Of a stretch of DNA of 27,829 nt, positions 19,021 through 26,063 are shown piece after piece (position 1 is the stretch's first letter; the number at the start of each line of letters is the position of its first letter). Location: the NCBI GenBank assembly GCA_001192655.1, contig BBVC01000011.1:1-27829 (forward strand). Reading direction: 5' to 3'. Under the pieces are notes generated by a model that had not been told where the DNA came from, did not search any database, and saw only the letters and a list, made by a program, of their open reading frames with translations. The translations under genes were made by a program, and so were the position numbers. This DNA comes from Caedimonas varicaedens. Its GTDB lineage: Bacteria; Pseudomonadota; Alphaproteobacteria; Caedimonadales; Caedimonadaceae.

Positions 19021-20541
19021 TTAAGCATGAGTTTGATCCAGATCTCCAAATTTTGTTAAAGCTCCCTCAAAATAAAGTTTGACAGTCCCCACAGGGCCAT
19101 GACGCTGTTTTGCGATAATAAACTCAGCCGTATTACAGATTCGATCCATATTTTCTTGCCATTCCCGATGCTTATCCGTGTTTTCAGAGGGTTCTTTTCG
19201 AGATTCATAATACTCTTCACGAAAAACAAAACCCACCACATCGGCATCTTGCTCGATGGATCCCGATTCCCGCAAATCTGAAAGTTGAGGGCGCTTATCT
19301 TCACGTTGTTCCACGGCGCGAGATAGCTGGGAAAGGGCAATAACAGGAACATCCAGCTCTTTGGCCAACCCTTTCAGATTGCGGGTTATTTCAGATATTT
19401 CCTGGACACGATTTTCGCTGGCTTTTCCAGTCACATGGGATGAGTGAAGGAGCTGCAAATAATCGATCACCAGAAGATCCAGCCCAAATTTGCGTTTAAG
19501 CCGCCGCGCCCGTGTCCTGAGCGCAGAGACTGACAAGGCCGGTGTATCATCAATATAAAGGGGTAAATCTGCCAATTCACGCCCTACATCCAGAAATTTG
19601 GGGAAATGAGTTTGCGTAATTTCACCTCGTCGAATTTTATCAGAGGAAACGCCCGCTTCTTGCGCAAGTAAACGAGTTGCCAATTGCTCGGACGACATTT
19701 CAAGAGAGAAAAAACCGACAACACCCCCCCCTTGCGTTTGTTTCAGGGAAGCTCGTGCCGCATTGAAGGCAATGTTCGTGGCAAGAGCTGTTTTACCCAT
19801 GGAAGGGCGTCCCGCAATAATAATAAGGTCAGAGGGATGTAATCCCCCTAGCCATTTGTCTATATCGCGCAAACCTGTGGTGACGCCCACAATATGACTA
19901 TCTCGCTTAAAGGCTGTTTCTGCTGAGGAAATTGACAGGGTAAGGGCGCGAGAGAAAGGAACAAATCCCCGATCAGATTGCCCTACAGTTGCGAGATCAA
20001 AAAGCCTCTGCTCGGCTTTTTCAATTTGTTGGGTTGCAGGCACTTCCAGGGAAGGTGTAAATGCGTCGTTGACAACATTCTCTCCCAGATCAATCAATTG
20101 TCGTCGCAGATAAAGATCGTAAATAAGCTCGGCATAATTGCGGATATTGATCACAGAAATCAGGGATTGAACCAATTGCATAAGGTATTGAGGGCCACCC
20201 ATTTCTTGCAGGACTTGATCCTGTTCAAAGAAATTCTTGAGTGTAATGGCATCAGCCACCTGTCCGCGTTCGATCAGATTCCCTATAGCCTGATAAATTT
20301 TGCCGTGAACTTCCTGACAGAAATGTTCGGGAGCCAAAATATCGGAAATTTGTTCATAGGCCAGGTTATTATGAAGAAGCGCAGCCAGCAGGGCAGCTTC
20401 TGCCTCAAGATTATGAGGAGGCGTGCGCTCTTTGAGCTCTTTATTCTCCAGAGCAGAAGCGTTGAAATCTACAACATTATTCAAGGGGTTTAATGCCGAA
20501 TTCACCTTTTGGAAACTACCTTTTGATGTTACAATAAACAA
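19021..20541 (-). CDS. dnaB: Replicative DNA helicase DnaB
   Basis: 506 aa. PPHNLEAEAALLAALL N-terminal domain, Walker A GRPSMGKTA, IDYLQL, and the ALSQLSR motif. The start is non-ATG (TTG at 20541, or GTG 36 nt downstream). Confidence 0.93.
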   Translation of the reverse strand: MFIVTSKGSFQKVNSALNPLNNVVDFNASALENKELKERTPPHNLEAEAALLAALLHNNLAYEQISDILAPEHFCQEVHGKIYQAIGNLIERGQVADAITLKNFFEQDQVLQEMGGPQYLMQLVQSLISVINIRNYAELIYDLYLRRQLIDLGENVVNDAFTPSLEVPATQQIEKAEQRLFDLATVGQSDRGFVPFSRALTLSISSAETAFKRDSHIVGVTTGLRDIDKWLGGLHPSDLIIIAGRPSMGKTALATNIAFNAARASLKQTQGGGVVGFFSLEMSSEQLATRLLAQEAGVSSDKIRRGEITQTHFPKFLDVGRELADLPLYIDDTPALSVSALRTRARRLKRKFGLDLLVIDYLQLLHSSHVTGKASENRVQEISEITRNLKGLAKELDVPVIALSQLSRAVEQREDKRPQLSDLRESGSIEQDADVVGFVFREEYYESRKEPSENTDKHREWQENMDRICNTAEFIIAKQRHGPVGTVKLYFEGALTKFGDLDQTHA

Positions 20542-20705
20542 AAATCATGCTCACTGTACTATAGTCGCCCCTTAAAGGTAAAGAACACAGAAAAAGAAAA
20601 GTAGAAGAAGTTTCCATGGTTATAAAATTCTCTTGTGTTTTTAAGAGGGTCTCGGTATAGCAAAGTAGAAAGAATAAGAGAGAATAGAAATAGATTGATG
20701 TCCTG

Positions 20706-20717
20706 AATACATGTATT
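20706..20717. promoter_or_regulatory. Perfect 12-bp palindrome AATACATGTATT, a candidate operator in the dnaB / S24-peptidase divergent region
   Basis: Self-complementary over 12 bp, about 60-95 nt upstream of the possible starts of the S24 peptidase gene. No known consensus was matched, and a 12-bp palindrome in AT-rich DNA may be chance. Confidence 0.15.
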
Positions 20718-20775
20718 TGAAGAGAGTGATCGCAAGTTTGTCAGGTCAGGTATAGCCTTTGACGAGAAGTGGTTT

Positions 20776-21393
20776 GTGCAACGGAAGATGAAGGTAGAAA
20801 AGATGGTTGTAAAAGAGCAAAAGCGTTCAGTCGCAGGTCGAAAAAAGGGATCAGGAAAGTTTGGTGAAGAAACAAAGGTTATTCGAGTTCCGGTCAGTGC
20901 AGCAGAGAATATAAAGCAGATGTTATTGGCATTTCCCAAAAAGCTTAAACCAGAACCAGGTCGCACTAAGGTTGAAGTTATTTATTGGCCATCCCTCAAT
21001 CCTGAATCTGTGCCTGCAACTGTTTTTACAAGCCGTGTTGCAGCAGGGATGCCTTCTCTTGCCGAAGATTATGTAGAGGGAGTCCTTGATTTAAACAAGC
21101 ATATTCTGTGTAATCCGGAAACGACTTTTTTCGTTCGGGTCAGTGGAGATTCCATGATTGAAGCGGGTATTCACACAGGTGACCTTCTTGTGGTTGATCG
21201 GTCGCTGCGTCCGCAAAGTGGCAAGGTTGTGATTGCTGTCATCAATGGCGAATTAACCGTTAAACGTCTTTTCAAGGAAAACGACAAGCTTTTCCTGATG
21301 CCTGAAAATCCTTCCTATCCGTCTATAGAAATTACCGACGCGATGGATTTCATGATTTGGGGCGTTGTGACCAACGTCGTTCATCCTTTATAG
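20776..21393 (+). CDS. S24-family autopeptidase, UmuD/LexA-like, with a roughly 90-aa basic N-terminal region
   Basis: The C-terminal 115 aa align well to UmuD from memory: AAG cleavage-site context (Ala90-Gly91), the catalytic Ser in SGDSM, and the Lys in TVKRL. The start is ambiguous (GTG 20776, ATG 20788, ATG 20803). Confidence 0.8.
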   Translation: MQRKMKVEKMVVKEQKRSVAGRKKGSGKFGEETKVIRVPVSAAENIKQMLLAFPKKLKPEPGRTKVEVIYWPSLNPESVPATVFTSRVAAGMPSLAEDYVEGVLDLNKHILCNPETTFFVRVSGDSMIEAGIHTGDLLVVDRSLRPQSGKVVIAVINGELTVKRLFKENDKLFLMPENPSYPSIEITDAMDFMIWGVVTNVVHPL

Positions 21394-21400
21394 AGTATCG

Positions 21401-22129
21401 TTATAGAAATTTTTTTGGTGAGGGATTGGGAATAAAAATACGCGAGCGCCAGGGAGCGGGGCGCTCAAAAACAGGAGAGATTACCTGTTTGTGTGCTTCA
21501 ATCAAGGTAACGCCGCCAATTTTTTTCATCCAGCCGGTACCCAGACGTTCCAGCGTATCTGCTGCTGTCAAAACACCTTTAAGCCGGGTGGGGGGCGTAA
21601 AAAGAGCGTAAAGAGGCTTGGATGGCGTAAAAAGGCTGTCTTCAATCAAGGCGTAGAGCTGATAACCGGAATAAGGTTCGCCGACTCCAAAGGGGGTGCG
21701 AGGATTTCGCGCCCAAAATCCCCGCCGGTTGGGGACGACAATTAGAACACATCCGCCATCTACCAGCACACGCCATGCTTCACGTAAAAGCTGAAGGGGA
21801 TTTTCAGAATGCTCCAGGGCATGGATAATCAAAATGCGGTTCACGGAATTATCCTTGAGAGGAAGACGATCTGCTTGTGTCAGAGTCACTGTATTGGCCT
21901 GATCTTCCGGCCAGGGAGATGCCCCCTGGAAACAAGGCATGAGGACGGCTATTTGCGCGGCACGGGCATAATATCGCTCAATATAGGGCAAAGGATAGCC
22001 ATATCCCACAATGATGTCGTTCACTGCATCAGGCCATAAAGAAGAAATTTTTCGCGCAATGTATTTCTGCGCAAGCTTTCCCAGCCGACTCTCGTAAAAT
22101 TTGTGAAATTCAGCAATATCCGTCTTCAT
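21401..22129 (-). CDS. Class I SAM-dependent methyltransferase (Methyltransf_11-like)
   Basis: 242 aa. Contains NRILIIHALEHSENPLQLLREAWRVLVDGGCVLIVVPN, typical of the post-motif-I to motif-III region of small-molecule methyltransferases. The glycine-rich motif I is degenerate. Confidence 0.65.
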   Translation of the reverse strand: MKTDIAEFHKFYESRLGKLAQKYIARKISSLWPDAVNDIIVGYGYPLPYIERYYARAAQIAVLMPCFQGASPWPEDQANTVTLTQADRLPLKDNSVNRILIIHALEHSENPLQLLREAWRVLVDGGCVLIVVPNRRGFWARNPRTPFGVGEPYSGYQLYALIEDSLFTPSKPLYALFTPPTRLKGVLTAADTLERLGTGWMKKIGGVTLIEAHKQVISPVFERPAPWRSRIFIPNPSPKKFL

Positions 22130-22199
22130 GCCGTTACTTTACCATAGCTTTCAAAGATTCCCAGAAGGGATTATGATCAGTGGAATATCTGTCGTGTCT

Positions 22200-22343
22200 C
22201 TAACTCTCTCCTACGCTCATTCCCGAAAGGCTAGGGTTCTGCATGAAATAATGATGCGCCGTAAAAGATTTGCTGTTCCTTTTCAGGCAATGGTAACTGC
22301 CGTCAGCATACATTTCCCAGGACTGGCCTTTGTCTTTCATATA
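22200..22343 (-). pseudogene. ppk: Polyphosphate kinase 1, C-terminal remnant (last ~46 codons plus stop)
   Basis: My minus-strand translation reads KDKGQSWEMYADGSYHCLKRNSKSFTAHHYFMQNPSLSGMSVGES*. This resembles the extreme C-terminus of alphaproteobacterial PPK1 as I recall it (W.L..DGSY.R...F.AH.YFM.NPSLSG). It directly abuts the left end of IS copy 2. Confidence 0.55.
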
Positions 22344-22372
22344 TAGCTAAAAACCTTTAAAATGGTTATATT
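22344..22372. repeat. Left terminal inverted repeat of IS copy 2
   Basis: Identical to 11854..11882. Confidence 0.8.
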
Positions 22373-22399
22373 ATGGATAATTTTTAAGAGGATTATTCC

Positions 22400-23226
22400 A
22401 TGACCTATTCATTAGATTTTAGACTTCGTGTTTTATCTGTAAAAAAGAAGAAAAATTTGAGTTTTGCTGAAACGGCGGATCTCTTTGGTGTTGGAGTGAC
22501 CAGTCTTGTCAGATGGGTCAAGAAGCCTGAGCCTCAGACACATCGTCATAAACCAGCCACTAAGCTTAATATGGATGCCCTTAAAGAAGATATACAGCTT
22601 TATCCTGATGCTTATCAGTACGAGAGAGCAGAACGTCTTGGTGTGAGCTCTATGCGGGATATGGCACGCTTTAAAACGCTTGAATGTGACCTATAAAAAA
22701 AACGCTCAAACATCCCAAGGCCGATCCAGAAAAGCGTGCTACTTTTTGTCAAGAGCTGAAAGCTTATGAAGAAGCAGGGCATCCTATCATTTCTCTTGAT
22801 GAATCTGGATTTGCACACCATATGCCACGCACTCATGGTTATTCTCCAAAAGGAAAGAGATGTGAGGGGATTCATGATTGGGGAGCAAAGGGACGAACGA
22901 ATGTCATCGGCGCCTTATTCCAAGGTCTGCTATTGACCGTGAGCTTGTTCTGCTTCTCGATTAATACCGAGGTGTTTACACAATGGATCATTGACGATTT
23001 ACTTCCGAAACTGCCTCCTAAAAGCGTCCTTATTTTGGATAATGCCACCTTTCATAAGGGAAAAGCGATGCAAAAAGCAATTGCTGAGGCAGGGCATATC
23101 GTGCTGTATCTGCCTCCTTATTCTCCAGACTTTAATCCCATCGAGCATAAATGGGCACAAGCAAAAGCAATTAGACGCAAAAAAAGGTGTTCTATCGAGC
23201 AATTATTTCAGGATAATAAAATATGA
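22400..23226 (+). pseudogene. IS630-family transposase of copy 2, carrying the shared frame break plus an extra poly-A frameshift
   Basis: orfA (22400..22696) is identical to copy 1. After the A8 tract the linker frame hits a stop. The DDE part survives only as an ORF from 22822 (MPRTHGYSPKG...), which lacks the first catalytic Asp context (ISLDESGF) in frame. Confidence 0.75.
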
Positions 23227-23248
23227 CCGTTTTATATGTTGTTAGCTA
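23220..23248. repeat. Right terminal inverted repeat of IS copy 2
   Basis: Identical to 12729..12757. Confidence 0.8.
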
Positions 23249-23885
23249 TAACTTGCTCGAGGGGAACAAATCGATACACAGGAGCAGGAATACGGACGAA
23301 GCGCTGGATCATGGAAGGAACAGAGAGAATCTCATGAGTTATTTTACCAGTTTTTTCATTTCTGAGCGTAAAGGCGATGGCAAGTCCCCGATTGGGGATC
23401 CAGGGGAAAGGATGAGCTGGGTCAATAGCCAATGGACTCAACGTCGAAAAAATATTTATTCTGAAATAATTTTCCAGCCATTGCGTTTCAGTTTCTGATA
23501 AATCCGTGACATCCAGAATTTCAAATCCTTCCCCTTTAAGTTCCTGGCGCAGAAGTCGCCATGTCCGTGCTTGTCCCTCAATAAGTTTGCCTGCAACAAA
23601 AGCAATTTGTTTTAATAAATCTGAATTACTTTGGCCATGAACGGATATTTTAGCAATATCAGGTGTCAAATCTGATTTATAAGCGGCGACCCGCACCATG
23701 TAAAATTCATCAAGATTGCTATCGGAAATAGATAGGAACCGAAGCCGTTCCAATAAAGGATGAGCGGGGTTGAGAGCTTCTGCAAGCACGCGTTCGTTAA
23801 ACGCCAGCCACGAAAGTTCGCGATTAAGACAATATTCGGTAGGGGCAAGGTCTTCTTGCTGAACAATGGGTTTTGCAGATTTCAC
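23249..23885 (-). pseudogene. ppk: Polyphosphate kinase 1, N-terminal fragment (~211 codons) truncated by IS copy 2
   Basis: NRELSWLAFNERVLAEALNPAHPLLERLRFLSISDSNLDEFYMVRV is the hallmark PPK1 N-domain. The frame runs into the IS end (track ORF 23232..23885, with the last residues IS-derived). The catalytic His and both PLD-like C-domains are absent. Confidence 0.88.
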
Positions 23886-24064
23886 TTCTTCTTCCTTTTC
23901 TCAGGATAAGAATAGTATATAGAAATTAATATTTACTAAAATTCAGGATAATTTTTAAATAAATAACAGAGCTAACTTTGAGAAGTGAAATCATATCTCG
24001 CTGGACAATGTTCCCTACAGTCTGATAACTGATTAAGTATCATGGCAACCAGAATGTTTTACAA

Positions 24065-25021
24065 ATGAGTATTCTTTTTATTACCTCCTCTCGTCTGGGA
24101 GATGCGGTTTTATCCACAGGTGTGCTGGAATTTTCCTGTCGCACCTTGCCGGAAGCTCCGGTGGTTGTGGCCTGCAGTTCCCTTGTGATGCCTTTATTTG
24201 AAGATTGGCCCCGTCTTGAAAGGATGATTGAGATCCGGCGGAAGCCTTTTTCATGGCACTGGGTTTCCCTGTGGCAGGAAACAGTTAAACAGCCCTGGGA
24301 GTGGGTAATTGACGTACGAGGTAGTACACTGAGCTATTTTCTTTGGTCAAAAAAACGATCCATGTGGCGGTCTATTTCTTCGCCTCATCATCGTGTGGAA
24401 CAACTGGGGCAAGTGTTTAAATTACCCCATTCTCCTTCGCCTGTATTGCATGTATCTGCTGAGCGTCAAGAACGCCTTCAACATATCTTGCCATTTTCTC
24501 AGCCTGTGATTGCTGTTGCTCCGGCGGCCAACTGGCAAGGCAAGGAATGGCCTCAAAAGAATTTTATCGTCTTGCTTCAGCAGTTGACCTCGGCTCAAGG
24601 ATTATTTCCAGATGCTCGGATCGCTTTTTTTGCGGCTCCTGCTGAACGTGAGCGTGTCCAGTCCCTTTTGGAAGCTTTTCCAGAAGATCGTGTGCTGGAT
24701 TTTGTGGGTAAGTTGCCGTTTCTGGATATCCATGTTCTTTTTCAGAAATGCTGTTTTTTTATTGGGAATGATTCGGGATTGATGCACCTTGCCGCAGCTT
24801 CTGGAGTGCCTACTTTGGGTCTTTTTGGTCCCAGTCCTGAAATCCATTATGCACCCTATGGATCTTGTGCTGCATACGTGCGGACGCCAGAATCTTATGA
24901 AACTCTGATGACACGTTTCCGGAAAACCGGTGAGAAAAACCTGATGGATTCTCTTTCCATAGAAAAGGTAGAGGAAGCTGTCCACTCTCTTTGGCAACGC
25001 GTGCAAAAGGAAACCGTATAA
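24065..25021 (+). CDS. Glycosyltransferase family 9 (heptosyltransferase-like, LPS core type)
   Basis: 318 aa. N-terminus ILFITSSRLGDAVLSTGVL and C-terminal GNDSGLMHLAAASGVPTLGLFGPS are both GT9 hallmarks. Confidence 0.8.
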   Translation: MSILFITSSRLGDAVLSTGVLEFSCRTLPEAPVVVACSSLVMPLFEDWPRLERMIEIRRKPFSWHWVSLWQETVKQPWEWVIDVRGSTLSYFLWSKKRSMWRSISSPHHRVEQLGQVFKLPHSPSPVLHVSAERQERLQHILPFSQPVIAVAPAANWQGKEWPQKNFIVLLQQLTSAQGLFPDARIAFFAAPAERERVQSLLEAFPEDRVLDFVGKLPFLDIHVLFQKCCFFIGNDSGLMHLAAASGVPTLGLFGPSPEIHYAPYGSCAAYVRTPESYETLMTRFRKTGEKNLMDSLSIEKVEEAVHSLWQRVQKETV

Positions 25022-26061
25022 TGCGCGTTCTCCAAATTATGGCAGGTGCAGAAAGAGGGGGGGCTGAGAAGTTTTTTGACCGTCTTGTTTCTGCTCTTGC
25101 CCAGCGGGGTCTTGATCAGCATGTTGTTTGCCGTTCCTTCCCCAATCGACTGAATCATTTGAAAAATCATCATGTTCCCTATACTATTGCTTCTTTTCAT
25201 CAGTTGCTGGATTTTCGGACGCGTCGCCTTATTCAGAAAAGGATCCGCCTCTACGAACCGGACATCGTCCTGACGTGGATGAGCCGTGCGAGCCACCTTT
25301 GCCCTGCGGGAGATTTTACTTTTGTGGCACGTTTGGGGGGCTATTATGACCTGAAATATTATAAAAAAGCAGATTACCTGATTGGTAACACTCCCGATAT
25401 TCAGAAGTATTTTATACGTCAGGGATGGCCAGAGGATAAAACGGCTTATTTACCCAACTTTGTTGATCATCCCTGCCCAGGACAGCCCCAGGACAGATCT
25501 GTTTATGCCACGCCCGAGAAAGCGCCTCTCCTGTTATCCATGGGACGATTCCATGATGACAAGGCCTTTGATATTCTGATTCCGGCGTTGGCTCATCTTC
25601 CTGGAGTTTATCTGTGGCTTGCAGGAGAGGGAGAGCGTGAAAGACGTCTTCGTTATCTTGCTCACGAGTACAGTGTCAATGATCGCGTTCGTTTTATCAA
25701 ATGGCAAAAAAATGTCAGCGCTCTTTATAAGTCCGCGGATGTCTATGTTTGTCCTTCTCGTGTGGAACCCTTAGGAAATGTGGTTATTGAAGCCTGGGCT
25801 CATGAGATTCCTGTGGTTGCAGCCGCAAGCGATGGTCCTAAAGGACTTATTCAGGATCAGGAAAATGGCCTTCTTGTTCCTCTTAATAATGTGGAGGCAT
25901 TAGCGCGTGCGATTAAAAAAGTCCTGGGATCATCACCTCTTCGCAAAAAGCTTGTTGAACAGGGGTTAAGCACTTATCTTAAGGACTATACGGAAGAAAA
26001 AGCGTGCCAACATTACTTGAGTTTTTTTGAACAGATTACCCCTAAAAGAAGGTGTTCTTAA
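25021..26061 (+). CDS. Glycosyltransferase family 4 (GT-B, RfaG/WaaG-like)
   Basis: MRVLQIMAGAERGGAEKFF N-terminus and the EX7E region EPLGNVVIEAWAHEIPVV. I prefer the ATG at 25021, which overlaps the upstream stop (TAATG), over the TTG at 24991 used by the ORF track. Confidence 0.8.
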   Translation: MRVLQIMAGAERGGAEKFFDRLVSALAQRGLDQHVVCRSFPNRLNHLKNHHVPYTIASFHQLLDFRTRRLIQKRIRLYEPDIVLTWMSRASHLCPAGDFTFVARLGGYYDLKYYKKADYLIGNTPDIQKYFIRQGWPEDKTAYLPNFVDHPCPGQPQDRSVYATPEKAPLLLSMGRFHDDKAFDILIPALAHLPGVYLWLAGEGERERRLRYLAHEYSVNDRVRFIKWQKNVSALYKSADVYVCPSRVEPLGNVVIEAWAHEIPVVAAASDGPKGLIQDQENGLLVPLNNVEALARAIKKVLGSSPLRKKLVEQGLSTYLKDYTEEKACQHYLSFFEQITPKRRCS

Positions 26062-26063
26062 GG

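Larger units (their letters stand above)
22344..23248 (+). mobile_element. IS630/Tc1-mariner-family insertion sequence, copy 2 (905 bp), flanked by TA
   Basis: I saw no difference from copy 1 except A8 (22695-22702) in place of A7 (12205-12211). TA lies at 22342-22343 and 23249-23250. Same orientation as copy 1. Confidence 0.93.

Noticed and set aside
20542-20775. Search for an SOS box upstream of the UmuD-like gene (CTGT-N8-ACAG or the alphaproteobacterial GTTC-N7-GTTC / GAAC-N7-GAAC)
   Set aside because: CTGTACTATAGTCG at about 20555 lacks the ACAG half, and no GTTC-N7-GTTC is present. Only the unrelated 12-bp palindrome at 20706 was noted.
20559-20966. 135-aa minus-strand ORF spanning the dnaB / S24-peptidase intergenic region
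   Set aside because: It overlaps the 5' end of the well-supported S24 peptidase gene on the opposite strand. It is Phe/Ser/Asn-rich with no recognisable motif and is probably an artefact of AT-rich sequence.
22128-22346. 72-aa plus-strand ORF between the methyltransferase and IS copy 2
   Set aside because: The opposite strand of the same segment reads as the PPK1 C-terminal remnant, which explains the sequence better. The plus-strand ORF has no recognisable features.
11854-23248. Two directly oriented, apparently identical IS copies bracketing 9.6 kb, which could be read as a composite transposon
   Set aside because: The bracketed DNA contains core and essential genes (dnaB, alr, radA) in a conserved-looking order. 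Each IS also has its own unrelated disrupted target (a PAP2 gene, ppk). These are two independent insertions, not a mobile composite unit. Recombination between them would delete dnaB.
23223-23498. 91-aa plus-strand ORF starting inside the IS right end and reading out into flanking DNA
   Set aside because: It is antisense to the ppk N-terminal fragment. An equivalent read-out ORF at copy 1 (12732..) is explained as the PAP2 C-terminus. Here it is a chance ORF, although outward transcription from the IS cannot be excluded.
24991-25020. N-terminal extensions proposed by the ORF track for the GT4 gene (TTG at 24991) and the AsnB-like gene (GTG at 26052)
   Set aside because: The GT4 family N-terminus (MRVLQI...) starts at the ATG at 25021. 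Ntn amidotransferases require Cys as residue 2, which fixes the start at the ATG at 26064.
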